Part shown: piece by piece, positions 1 to 13,197 of the stretch
Layout: each line of letters starts with the position of its first letter
Position numbering within the stretch: position 1 is the stretch's first letter
DNA from: Vermamoeba vermiformis
Lineage: Eukaryota
Length of the DNA: 64,000 bases
Reading direction: 5' to 3'
Assembly: GCA_045837725.1 (NCBI GenBank)
Contig: JBEWZL010000011.1
Location: 558,001 to 622,000 of the forward strand
Program-made: the position numbers and the translations under genes
The notes under the pieces: generated by a model
Told to the model about the DNA's origin: nothing
Seen by the model: only the letters and a program-made list of their open reading frames with translations
Databases searched by the model: none

Positions 1-632
1 TCTAGTTGCCCGACGGTCGTGTGATCAAGGTTGGTCGTGAGCGATATGTTGCTCCTGAAGCTTTGTTCCACCCTGGTTTCATTGACGTCGACGCCCCGGG
101 CATGGCTGACTCATTGTTCAACACCATTCAATCCGCTGACATTGATACTCGTCCTGAGTTCTACAAGCACATCGTCTTGTCTGGTGGATCTACTATGTAC
201 CCTGGTCTCCCCACTCGTCTCGAAAAGGAGGTTCGTCAACTCTACTTCGACAAGGTCGCCAAGGGCAACAAGGCTCAACTCGACGTAAGTACCAGTCTAT
301 TGTTATTTATTCGTCTTAATTGCTGCGATCTGCGCGCTCAGAAAATAGAAAATCTTTTTTTTCTTTTTTAAAATTTATAGAGTTAGGAGTTAATTATCCA
401 GCCCTTAATGCCATGCTTACAGTATTCGAGCATTTACTTATAATTATTTCCTCTACAGAAATTCGTTTGCAAGATCGAAGATCCTCCTCGCCGTAAACAC
501 ATGGTCTTCTTGGGAGGTGCTGTCTTGGCTCAAATTATGAAGGATCGTGATGAATTCTGGGTTAGCCGTCAAGATTGGTTGGAGAAGGGCCCCGCTTACT
601 GCATGAAGAAATTGGAAGGAGGCATCTCTTAA
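1..632 (+). CDS. ARP2: Actin-related protein 2 (Arp2/3 complex), 3' part; one intron ~286-458
   Basis: [42 protein letters not shown], then after a GT-AG intron [20 protein letters not shown], which is typical of Arp2; TAA at 630-632. Confidence 0.93.
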
Positions 633-1181
633 GTTCAGCCGTTAGAGCTCGAACACGCGAGTCTTTTTTTCGAAGAAACGACATCGCAAACCCCTCGAAT
701 GCTTACTCGTTACTTGCTTATTAGAATGTGAGCCTTCACAACGATTATGTTATTTTTTAATTACCGGATCCTTACGAATTATTTTGTTATACTAGAGAAG
801 GACATATTCAATGGGCAAGTGGCGGGTGGTGTTTTAGTATTATTAAAATAAAGCAAATGTATTAAATACCAAACACGGTTTTTAGGTTCTCTCGCCAAAA
901 AATCAAGGTGTCGCAAAGAACCACAACAAGGCGGTTTTAACTTGGACAATTTAATATGAAGTACTGCAGTAAAACTAATTAATGGCGTCGTTGGTAAGCA
1001 ACAGCCACTTTTGGTATGCGGCGCTGATGAAAAGCTATCGAGATTTTATCTCCTAATTTCCTGTAATAATTACCGCGCATAAATTATGGCAATTTTGCTC
1101 GATTAGTTACGTATTGCATCGCACAAAACTTCAGAGATACGATTTATTTGAATTTTTGTTAATTTAAATTTCAGATCTGCA

Positions 1182-4100
1182 ATGGACTGGTCGCCAAAGA
1201 AGCGTAAGAGGGATGAAGTCGATGTAAACGAGCTATCGCCTCAAGCGAAAAGAGGGAGAACAGATTCGAGCTCAGAGGACTCGTATTATAGCCGAAGCAG
1301 CGGATCTCCAGTGTCAGGCGAGGAATTGTACTACTCTAAGCCTTTTTTTATTGACGACAAAACATGCGTTCAAATGCGCGATGAGGTTTATCGCGTTGGA
1401 GACTGTGTGTGGCTTAATAGAGACCAGAGTTACACCTCTATAGTTCAACGAGGTGTGTACGAGACATTTATCGCTGCCTAGCACAGTATAATGACATGTT
1501 ATAATAGACGCTCCTGATACATATAAATATAATTGGATGGCAAGAATTGTGGGCTTTGAGTCGGTAAGTACAAGCAGATCCGCGGATAAGGACTTGGTAC
1601 TCATTTCGGGTAATATTACCAGGACAAAAATGACCCCGATGTGCCTATGATGCGAGTATCGTGGTTTTGGCAAGTTAAAGAAACTATATTGGGCAATGGA
1701 CGAGGTTGGAGCAATCGGTACGTGCAGTGAGTTAATCGAGATGCTTTTGACTGATGTGCATTGCTTCAGTGAGGTGTTTATGTCTACCAATGAAGTAGTG
1801 CAAGATGCGGAGTGTATTAAGGGACGATGCACGGTCTTGTACAAGGAACATTTTGACGATGATTATGCTGACTCATTGCCGCCTGACACTTACCTCTATC
1901 GATACTGTTACGACCCAAGTATGTAGCCGATATAATACTCCCCAGAGGGTAGCGATTTGTTATGCAGAGCTATGCTTATAGTTTATTTCAGAGACGAATG
2001 ACTTTTTGGATCCACCCTTCGTAGAGAAACATCCACAACCAAAGGTAACCATATGATTATTATTTTATTGGCTAATATATTGAAGGAGCCTGAGGGAGAG
2101 CGTTTAAGAGCATTAGATATATTTTCAGGCTGCGGTAAGTCAAGTGCATCAGCAAATGACACGTGTCTAACCTCACAATTAGGAGGATTCAGTTTTGGCA
2201 TGTCAAATGCAGGCATTGATATCAATTGGGCTGTTGATAAGGAGAAGGTACTTGTTGTAAATATAAATGGTGTGCTTGCTAATACCTTATGTAGGACATG
2301 ATCAGGACCTTTCGCAAGATGCACCCAGACACGCACGCGTACGTTGCAGACATCAAGGACTTTTTTTCACTGGCGCTCTTCGTCAATGAAGGGATATTAC
2401 CCGGCAGCAAAGAAGAATACAAGTTCTTCAAATCGATTGAAGAAGTGCGCAGTGAGGTGTGGTCACAGTACGACCTTGTGTTGTCATCGGATGTCTATCT
2501 CGTTGAAGATATTCGAGATTGTCGATGGTCCCGAAAGAGGAAACGAATCGAGTTTCGCATAAAATGGGAAGGGTACGTGAAGCACAACAGTTGAATGGAT
2601 GCGTCTGATAGTTTGTATTGAGCAGATGGCCAGAGGAAGAAAACTCTTGGGAGCCGATTGAAAATATTAACAACATGTCATCTATCAAGAGATTCCTCAA
2701 GAATAACCGCGAAAAATACTTTGCTGTAGAGCAACGAAGGCTGGTACGTAGGATCTATATTAATAGTAAATACCTAACTACTATGTCAGGTGGAACTTGT
2801 TGTAATTAAATCACCTGAAGATATGCCAATGAAAGAGCCCTTCATTCAAATTGATGCCTCGGAGTTATCAGCTGAGGCACACAAACAGCTGAAAAAGATC
2901 AAAAAGCTAACGCGACGAGGTCTACTTTACGACAAGAACTACGTGGAGAGGAAGAAAGAACGGAACGATGATTTGAGCGATGACAGCGACAGCGAAGAGA
3001 ACGGTCTGATCGTGCAATCGCAGAGCCAGGCTGCCGCACAGGGCATGCGATCGGATTCGTTCGATGACGAGTTCTTTGACGAGGACTTTGTCGAGGCAGA
3101 TGAAGCAGATAACATTGATGTGCGGCCTGTCAAAACAATCGAAAAGATTCTTGACATGCGATACGTTGAAGGCAAGGCACAGTACTTCGTCAAGTGGCAA
3201 TATCAGCCTGACTGTGCTGGCGAGTGGTGCTATTTGAAAGGCAAAGACCCCGCGGTGAAAAAGTACCAAGCATTATCTGCTGCTAAGAAACAAGTAAGCC
3301 TTGAGCACAGTCTGCAATCATACGCTAACGACCACTAGGAGCTGAAAAAGCGAAGGAAACAGATCAACGAGTCAATCGACAGCATTACAGATATTCGTGC
3401 GAAGAAAGTTGAAATGGCTAATGGAAAGAAAAAGGTACTGTAGAGTCTGGTTATATATGCAGTGCTAACATGAGGTCAGCGAGTAATCGAGTTCAAAGTG
3501 CACTTCAGCAAGTGGCCTGACGTCGAGAAGTGGATGCGACGGGAAGAATTGTATAACGTGCAGCATCTTTTGGAAGAGTTTGTTGCCAATAAGAAACGAG
3601 ACGGATCACTGCCCACGATCGATACGTGTGACGTCATCGTTGGAGGTACTTGACACGTGCTTGTTGTGTGCCCTTGATCTTAACTGTGACTTGTGCAGGT
3701 CCCCCGTGCCAAGGATTCAGCGTCATGAACAACATGCGGTACACTCTCAGTCAGAACGACGTTTTCAAAGACAAGCGCAATAGGCTCATCAAAGTACGTT
3801 ATCTTGTGCATTCTAATCCTTTGCTTAATGTGTGCTTTAGGTCTGGGCGCGTTATGTGTTATATTTTAAACCGCGATTTGCTGTGCTCGAAAACGTCAGC
3901 GGATTGTTGTCGTTCTTTGAAGGCGCGGCAATGAAGTCCCTAATCAAAGTGCTCTTGCGACATGGCTATCAGACACGTGTCAGGATGATCAACACGGCTC
4001 AGTATGGTCTCCCTCAGTCACGCTGGCGAGTGTTCTTATTTGCAGCCAGACAGGGCGAGTGGATGCCAAGGTAAGTTTGAAACGCACGTTTTAACGTGGA

Positions 4101-5017
4101 CCGGCTGACACATGTCATCCATTAGACTACCCAAGCCAACGCACTTTGTCGAGTCCAAAGTACACAATGATGTAGAAGTACCTCCGCCACCTTTAAGCGA
4201 TGGTAAGTGAAGCAGTAATAATGCACTCTTCAGGGTCTAATTCGCTTGTGTAGCTTGGAAAGGTATCGCCAATTTGGCAGCGTGTCATGCGCGAAATGAC
4301 AACATTTATCACGTGCGTGACTTTGATGATTACGACAAGTGCAAGCCAGAGTTTGAAAAGGTGTGCCCGGAGCGTGAGTGTCCTACAATAGAAGACGCGA
4401 TCGGTGATTTGCCTGACGAGGCTGTGGACAAATATCATGATGACCAAGACAGACCAGTGCAGTACTTGTGCGACCCATTGAATGGCTTTCAACACTGCAT
4501 GCGTTTGTTGCCACCTGAAGACGAGACTAGATTCGCAAAGAAAGATGAAGAGGGACGTGTCATGACACGTGTCACGATGCACATTGCACAACCATTCGCT
4601 GAACGAGAGCGAAGATATGGCTGGGACGACATCTTTGGCACACTAACGGTAAGTGCACGCCCACACCATTGCATCATCTGACGTTATGTAGACGCGTGGC
4701 TATGTGAATCACCCCTCGGGCAACAGATCCATCAGTCTGCGTGAGGCAGCACGTGCACAAGGGTTCCCGGACTGGATTGAATTCGAAGGGTCGTTCAGCT
4801 CACGGATAACTCAAATAGGCAATGCAGGTAAGTAGCACTGATTGCAGCACAACATGTACTAACATGTGCCACAGTGCCCGTGTTTGTGGCGGATCAGATC
4901 GGTCAAGCCATCGTCAGTGCCGCGGAGACAGGCACACGCATACAACCAACACCCTTTGCAATGTTCTTGCAATCTGATTACACTGATCCAATTGCTAATC
5001 TGCCTGTGTATAATTAA
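1182..5017 (+). CDS. Chromomethylase-like C5 cytosine DNA methyltransferase (BAH domain + three chromodomains inserted in the catalytic domain), multi-exon
   Basis: N-terminal NLS (PKKRKR); BAH (YRVGDCVWL...WMARIV...YLYRYCYDP); motif I LRALDIFSGCGG; chromodomains at ~2495-2700, ~3130-3270 and ~3370-3580; motif IV DVIVGG|PPCQGFS; VI ENV; VIII QSRWRVF; IX SLREAARAQGFPD; X QIGNA|VP; TAA at 5015-5017. Confidence 0.9.
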
Positions 5018-5066
5018 TGTAAATAAGGTATGTGAGTGAACTTCATGACATTTATTCTCGTTGTAA

Positions 5067-6428
5067 TTACAACATCTCAAGCAAGTCCCAATTAGATCCG
5101 CTTAATGCTTGAAGGACGTCGTTGTGACTGTTGACCTCTGGGTCACTAAAATATTGCTCCCACTCCTTGTCCGTGATCTCGTATAACGTCCTAAGAACAA
5201 CATCTCCTTGTTCAATCGTAAATGGATCCAAATCGAATCGCTCTTTAACGTCGAATACCTCTGATTTTCCTGTGCTGTTATCGCCCTGACAGAATTGTTA
5301 TTAAAAGTCTTCACGAACGATGCTACGTACTTTAACGCATAACAGCCGTGTGTATGAATCGTGTTCGTGACTATTGTAGATGTAGAACATTGCTAGCCAG
5401 CGATCAGGCGACAAGAATGTGAGCCACGAGTAATAATTCGTGATGTGATAATTGTCTGCAAACTTCATTGACGATGAGGCCTCGATGCTAGACAACACAA
5501 AGTTGTTGGCGCTGAGTCTTTTGATCGGGTCTCCAAACAGCTCCAAGAGTTGTGTTTTGATCGGCGGACTGGATTTTGATTAGCGATTGATAATAGAGCA
5601 AATCAAGAGATGTCTTACATTCGTAGTCCAACCTTCGTGATTGCGCCGGTGGGCGACTTAACAGTGATTGGCTCTGGACTTATTCGAGCCTCTTGCAACA
5701 GCTGATCACGTGACTTGAAGAGGTGTTTGACGCCGGGCCACACGTCCATTACCCAACTGGGCCGCATTGTGGTCATGAATGAAGTGAGGGCCAGTAACAC
5801 CGCGAACTGTTTCGTCGTGATGTAATTGTCGCGACAATACGATTCTGTATATATTTGTGTGTCAGTATAATGTCATGACAGTGATTGGTCCTTACGATAA
5901 TCGCTCATGTTGACGTCCGTGTACATTTGTATAAATGGACGTGGGTCCCCTTCCGGTGCAGAGATGGTTACATTAGCATTTAATTCCTCGATCAGTTGTG
6001 CTCGCCATGCATTCACATCGGCAGGAATATGAGAGAGTTTGCGCTTCTTTTTGCTTTCATTCAAATAATTTTGTTTCTCTGTCAACCAATGCATTTGAAC
6101 ATTGATTTCTGCTTCTAGTAAAGGTGAAATGTAATAGAACAGTTCTTCGTAGTCGAGAAAGTCTTTAATTGATGTTATTACTGGAATTGCAAGCGGATGA
6201 GGGTGCCAAACTCTTGGATCTCGGACACTTCGATTCCACCTGGAAATCCAACGTTGAATTAATTCCATTTTTTAGCATTTAGTAATTAATATTAGTAATA
6301 TAGCCGTAGTCTTACTTTTTATTCGCAAATAGGATTGATCCAACTGCCGAAGGGGAGTTTGTAATTACATGACGAAACATAGTTAGTAAAACGTCCTCTA
6401 GATATAAAGGGCTTGTGTTGTGCTCCAT
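5067..6428 (-). CDS. Uncharacterized protein with F-box-like N-terminus, paralog A of a tandem pair
   Basis: Spliced ORF MEHNTSPLYLEDVLLTMF...PSAVGSILFANK; shares WPGVKHLFKSRDQL, SWLTFLS and LYEITDKEW blocks with the neighbour. Confidence 0.65.
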
Positions 6429-6469
6429 GTTTGATTTAATTTTTATTTTGGCAGCGAAAAGACTTGAAA

Positions 6470-7854
6470 TCAGGGATGAAGGAAATCTCGCTTCAGACCA
6501 CTCAATACGCTCAACACGTGATAGTACTTGGGCTCAGGCACCTTACTCCACTCTTCATCGCTAAATTCATACAGCTGCTTGATAGCTTCATTCGCTTTAT
6601 TCGAGCTGAATTCCTCTTCCCTCAACTTGAATCGTTCTCGCAAATCAAACATTTCAATCTCTGGTGATGTGGTTGAGCCCTGATTATCATTAGTACTATT
6701 GCACTATTACGGAGCGATGAATATGAATATACCTTAACAACTATGAGTGGTTTGACATCAGTCTGCTGGTTGGCTTCAAATAACAAAAACAATGCAATCC
6801 AGTGCTCGTCAGACAAGAAAGTGAGCCACGAGGCACTGATAAATACATGAAAGCTGTCTATCACATTCAGACTCGAATAACTCTCGGAACAGCCGAGCAG
6901 GTACGAGTTGTCATACAACCGTTTGAATGATAACCGCTCCTCTTCGTCGAATGTGTCAAATATCTTAATCCTATATACCAAAGATGAGATTATTTCCTTT
7001 TTAGGCAAGATTAAGTCAAGTCAACCTCTTCAAACCTTGAGCCGAGATCGTACTCGAAGTAGCGACTTTCATTTTGAGCTGACCAGTCGGTCCTAATACA
7101 TCCAATATTTCTTCTAATTGCTGTCGTGTTTTGAACAAGTGGTTGACACCTGTCCACTTGTCAAATTGAACAGACGGCAGCACATCTGGCCAGTAAGTGC
7201 TTAAGACGAGCATCACCGCCATTTGTCGATATGTTAAACCACAGACTTGTCGAAGTGCGTCTATAACTATATTATTAAGATATTCAAATGACTGTATGAC
7301 TTGCCATATTTAATCCAGCCTGATTGTTCTTTAATAAGCTCGTACAAAAACGGTGTCAAGCCTTTGATATTCTGCAATTCACTCTTCATTATAGTCTTTA
7401 ACTCGCCAACGTCTGTTTTTAAACAGCGATTTGTAATCAGAGCGCGTCTGCGCAATTCTGCAGTCTTTTTTTTTCTTAATGCACGCTTGATCTCAGCACT
7501 GTGCTCCAATATTTTTAATTCAAGGATGTATTCTTCCAATTTGGAATAGCTAACAAGATCTTCTGTATTTTCGTGAGCAATATGCGACAATAAAGGGTTT
7601 TTTATCCACAGTATTCTTTTTCGAATATTTTTGTGCCATCTAGCGGTGTAAATAATTAAGCAAACTGGCCACAATATTAATATAGCAATATTATTTGTGC
7701 AATCAATATTTCGCACTTACTTCTTGCTCACGAGTAAGGTAGATCCGACTGCCGAAGGACAGACTTCAATCACCGCAGCAAATATACGTGTCAGGATATC
7801 ATCAAGTTCTAAAATATTACTAACTATTGAGGGATCGTTGGTGTGCTTCTCCAT
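6470..7854 (-). CDS. Uncharacterized protein with F-box-like N-terminus, paralog B of a tandem pair
   Basis: MEKHTNDPSIVVSNILELDDILTRIF...CPSAVGSTLLVSK; WTGVNHLFKTRQQL, SWLTFLSDEHW, LYEFSDEEW; intron positions similar to paralog A. Confidence 0.65.
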
Positions 7855-7996
7855 TAATATAAATCAGAACTAGTTGGCCCGTGACACGCCCCAAAAAATG
7901 CGCGTATCAAATTTAAATTAACTCATGTGCTTGGATGGAATAGACTATAAAACAGTATTATTATTTCTAAGATACAATAGACAAAGCATGAACCCC

Positions 7997-9092
7997 TTAT
8001 TTCTTGGCGGCCACATACAGAGGCATGACAGGGTTGATCTGCGCAGTGACGCTGACCAACACCTTGGCGTAGAACTCTAAGAACTCGTCGAGGCTCATCA
8101 CGCCGTCGTTGTTCTTGTCACCCTGCAGCGAATGAAGACGTCAATCAACGTGTCACTTTAACGCACCAACAGCGCGTCCGTACCAACTGGAACTGAGCGT
8201 CCAAGAGACGATCGACCATCTTCTCGGTGGCCTTGGGCATCTTCTCCTTCAACACTGCGCGCAGCTCTTCTTTGTCGAGCGTGCCTGACTGGTCCTTGTC
8301 GTGCTCTTCGAACTTCTTGATGGCGTTGGTACGCTCTTCGTCGGACAGTTTGAACAACTTGAAGACGTAGATTAGACATTGCGCGTATATCATATGATAG
8401 TGCATGTCGGCTACTTACTCCCTTTTGGATCTTAGGTGCGTTCTCGCCTGTCTCGAGCGGTGCCTTCTTGTTCGGATGGGGCTTGATGTTTACCGGTAAC
8501 TCGGGATCCAAATAGAGCTTGATGTACAAGGCCATAAATTCGTCGAAATCTTGTTATGTGCGTCGTTAATAATCTACACTGGAGCAATTGATGGCAAGCT
8601 TACCAATGGATCCGTTGCCGTCCTTGTCATGCTTTTCAAACTCGGCGTTTACATATCTAATAAGGATGACGCGTTAGAACACTATCCTTTTTATGGAATA
8701 TATTGTTTTAAAGCTTACCTGTTCATCAGACCCTCGCTCATGGGTTTGGCCATCGAATCTTGCAACACCTTTCGCAGTTCGACTTTGCAAATTGAATTGC
8801 TCTTATCAGCGTCGTACTATAATCAATTATATTAATTAATTATACATTTTAAATACCAATATTCCCGGCCGTTACAAAACTCCAAATTTAAATTGCAGTT
8901 AAGCTGCTTGATCATTGCTAATAATTGATATATGTTAAATACCTTTTCGAAGAGGTCGTAAATTCTTTTCTTTTCTTCTTCGTTGATCGAAAACGCGGCC
9001 TGACATTGCAATGTCAGTTTAAACGTTACGCTTGTTGCAAGCCCAATAATCTTGCGTGCAGATGATTATTATCTATTATTAATTCTTACCAT
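7997..9092 (-). CDS. Multi-EF-hand calcium-binding protein
   Basis: EF loops DKDQSGTLDKEE, DKNNDGVMSLDEF, DKDGNGS; first coding exon appears to be only the ATG (9090-9092) followed by GTAAG. Confidence 0.8.
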
Positions 9093-9321
9093 CGTTGTTG
9101 TTCTTGTTCTGTAGGTAAAGAGAATAAAAATAAATCATACAACGCGGAGAACTTGCCGCCAATCACAATTAACACCTGTCACGCAGTTACGCTTGTTTAG
9201 CTGTATGATTGTTTTTAACTTTAAGATATGCTGTTCGTCAGACGTTTCATATTAATTGGAGGCATAATCGAGACCGATCTGATTAGAAGTTATTTATTCA
9301 AGGTTTGCACATTATCCGAAT

Positions 9322-10055
9322 TTATTGTTGTTCTTGGCTGTCGTCTTCAATGGTAACCTCAACTTGGACACCAGGTTCGATGGAGATAGAGGTAATTTGC
9401 TTGACAATATCAGAAGAGCTGTAGAGATCGATCACACGCTTGTGGATTCTCATCTCGAAGCGATCCCAGGTCTTGCTACCTAATTACATAGTATATATCA
9501 GCGACTATTCTTGTTTGTAATGGTAAATATTGACTCGATAATGTAATCGCGTGCTAGTAATTATTGTTTCTCGCGATCAGATTAATTGCATATTAAGCTA
9601 ACTCTCCCTTATCGTCTCGGCTGTTGTGAGTAGAGAAATTAATAATTTTTTTGCTTACCTTCACCGCAAGGGGACTTTCGGGTAGTAATTCTGAGGACCT
9701 TGGTAGGGATGCGAACGGGACCCTTAACCTTGACCTTGGTCTCCTTGGACTTCTTAATCAAATCGGCGCAAACTATTTACAATATCGTTAGATAGGTGCA
9801 TTACTTTCAAGATACGCGCTAAAATTATTAATAATACTCAATAAATAAATTATTTTAATAATTCGGACAGAGTTCATCCAGCATTAGTCCAATTATAATT
9901 CGTTCTCTTCGTGCATAAATTATATTGATTTAATATAATTAATTCGTACCCTTCTCGAGGTTAGTGACGTTTCTGGAGGTCAAAGTAATTCTGATCTTGT
10001 GGAAAGAGGTGGGGACAGCGGTTTGCTCAACGCCCTTCTTCAATGTGGCAGCCAT
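9322..10055 (-). CDS. RPS20: 40S ribosomal protein S20 (uS10), two introns
   Basis: [54 protein letters not shown]...[11 protein letters not shown]. Confidence 0.97.
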
Positions 10056-10548
10056 TATTTATATGGGTCTGTGTTCGCTTCGGATAGAAAGAGAAAAAGA
10101 AAAGCGCAACTTTGTCGTGAAGGAAGGGGCAACCAAAAGTGGAACGAAAAAAAAATCTAGAATAAAATTGATAAAAAAATTGACCAATGATTTTCCTTTC
10201 GACATTTTCCGTTGTACGAGTTCATCATCCTGCAGCGTACGCATAAATATGGTAGACAAGAATACTAGGGACCGGATTCGACAAGGTAGCAAATCCAAAA
10301 CAATCAAATCCGGATTGGATCAGGATCGGGAAGCCGTCAACGAAAGATTTCGGGTAGTGCTACAAAAGATCATAATTCGGCTATATTGACTTATTTAACG
10401 CGAAATAATGGTTGCAAAATTGACATGTTGTCTCGTTCCCATTTTTCAGTCGGAACTGCACTCGTAAAAGTCTGAATTACAAAAGCACAAGCACAATAAT
10501 TAGTGATTAATTTTTTGCAATTTGATTGCAAGCCTATCATATTAGTAA

Positions 10549-13059
10549 ATGGGCGACACACCACAGCCCTCAGATGGCTTAGAACTGAGCGAAGCGAGCA
10601 GCGACGAACTCAAATCACCACGTTACAATCCTTTGCTCGAGGATTCAGACGAGGCAGTTGAGCGAGGCTCTAATAGTTGGGAGGATAACCCCCGAGAGTT
10701 GAGATCTAAAAATTCGAATCAGCGTCTTCATTTATCGACGAGCCCACCAGAGAATGAGACGTGGAAAAATGCTGTTAGACCGTCGCATACTAACATCAAT
10801 AAACGAACTGGTAAGTGCATTTGTTCATTCAATTAGGTGGATCACATTGAATTTTATAATTATTTTCGTGATATTTATTTGAAGCATTCATAATGGTAAT
10901 AAATAATTGACAATTAATAATAAATTAAATAAGATTACTAACAGAATGTTCGATCTTTTCGATATTTCCATTGTGAATTATTTCCAACATCAATCACACC
11001 GTGATTCTATATTCATGCAATTAACATTATTGGCTAGGAGGACTCGGTCAAAAAAGGAACCGAGACATGCCGTCACTCGACACGACATTCGGCAACTACT
11101 CGTTCGATCCGACAAGCTCGTTGCCATCACCAACAACACAACCTGACGCTCCTTTCAATAAAGCTACCAATGAAAACAATACTAATGCGAGTAATAGCAA
11201 CGAGACACCAAGGGAAGGCGCAACAAAGTCGGATGTGGTGATGAACATTGAGGGTCAAGATAAAGCGAAACAAAACCCCGCAATAACCCCTGGCATGGCT
11301 GCTGCGGGCATTACATCCGTCGGCAGCAAGAAGAGGAGGACATTGAATGATATTTCGAGCGAGGAATTGCGCTTATTGAAAGACAATGCAGTGTCTGAAA
11401 CTGAGAAGATGATGATCGTGTTGAATAACGCTAAATTGCGCGGTCATTTCAGAGCTTATTTGCAGGAGACACTCTCAGTAGAAAACTTGGATGTAAGTCG
11501 TCGTTAACCATATTTACTTACGAAAGAAAAATGTGACTTGACACGTGTCATTAACTGGTTGGTATTTTACAGTTCTGGCTCACAGTCGAGGAATACAAAT
11601 TATTGCCTTCAGATGCACCCGAGAAGGCACATCGAGCACAAGATATTTATCAACGATTTTTCACGCCTCAATCGCGGTCTGAAGTCAACATTACCGCCAA
11701 AATGCGCGATCAAATTGCCGATCGTGTCGTGTTCCATAGCGACAATCTGTTCGACGAGCCTCAAAAAGAAGTACGCGTCATTGCATTAATACTGGTGCAT
11801 AATAATTAAGCCTCATTCTAATTAGGTGTTTGCGTTGATGTTGCAAAATTCACTGAAGAGCTTTTTGAATTCACCATTTTTCAAAGATTTCTCAGGTAAT
11901 ATCGACACTAACTGCATAATATGACGACGTGGTTGTTAATAATTTCCATATATAGCTATTTCAGAGAAACTTCGACAGACTGAAGACTCGATGCGACAAG
12001 AGGCCCGCGAGATGAAGGAATTGAAGCGCAAGTACATGGAGTCACAGAGTCGGTGGCGCGATTTGAATGTGCAGCGCCAAGTGTATTTAGATCTGATTAG
12101 AGATCTCAATGTCGAGGCTGAAGGTGTCAAATACATCTTGTCGGTCACTGTACTGGAGGGCGATAGTATTTGTCCGCGTCAAGGTACATCAACTATAGCA
12201 CTGCCATCTGATAAATATTTACTAACGATATCTATAATATCAGAATCGCGATACACTTATTGCTATTTCGAGCTAGGTAAGTTCCGTTGCGATGAACTGC
12301 TGGATCCAAAAGACTAACCTTTCTCTAGGTGATCAGGTATTCGTCACTAAGCCTGCTGAACATCACGGAAAACCTGTTTGGCGAGAGTATTTCATATTGT
12401 AAGTAATTATTAAGTTGTTGAACCACGACTGATCCAACCTGCTTTGTAGCGACGTCGAAGATGAACACTATTTGTATATAGAACTCAGAAACCGAAACAT
12501 CATCACTGCAGACGACTATTTGGGCGAATGCATTCTTAATTGCATGGATTTGACTGGCTTAGCACCGACTGATTTGTGGGTGGATGTAAAGGACAAAGGC
12601 AGAAACTCAACTGGTGGCAAAGTGCGCTTAAGAATATTCTGCAGACACGTAAGTGCACGATTAACAATACCTATGCTATATGATTACTAATATCTATCTA
12701 GAAAATGGATGCGCTGAGCGAAATTGAAGATATGATCATGCGCTTAGAAGCACTGCTAGAAGAAGAGAAGAGACACCATGAAATGCTAAAGAACTACTTG
12801 TTAACGCACTCTACAACAGTCGAGGAGGTCGTTGAAGTCGACTACAAGGTAAACAAGCTGATCTTACAAAACGATCCGTTCTTACCCTTGCATTTAGTCA
12901 ACGCGTAATAGACAGAAGGCGTTGGAGTCACGATTGAAAGAAGTCAAGAAGCAGCGAGATGAAATGGAGGCCAAGTCAATGGCTACATTCACTAACACGC
13001 TCACTCGTTCAGGACCGAACAAATCCGTCTCGTCTAGATCTATCTTCAAAAGAAAGTAG
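10549..13059 (+). CDS. RGS domain + C2 domain protein with coiled coils
   Basis: RGS: LRGHFRAYLQETLSVENLD|FWLTVEEY...IYQRFF...EVNIT; C2: LSVTVLEG...PVWREYF...DDYLGECIL...DLWVDV; low-complexity N-terminus. Confidence 0.8.
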
Positions 13060-13197
13060 GGCACTGGTCTCATAGTTCATTGTAGCATAATCAAAGTCTT
13101 ATTTATCATGTTGTACATAATAAACTGCTCGGATAGGGAGTTTTTCGAAAACAAACAGTTCGACGGATGGATCCGCCATTATTTTTTATTCAACTAA

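Noticed and set aside
9479-9950. snoRNA in RPS20 introns
   Set aside because: Only a short AT-flanked hairpin (~9855-9900); no convincing C/D or H/ACA box pair
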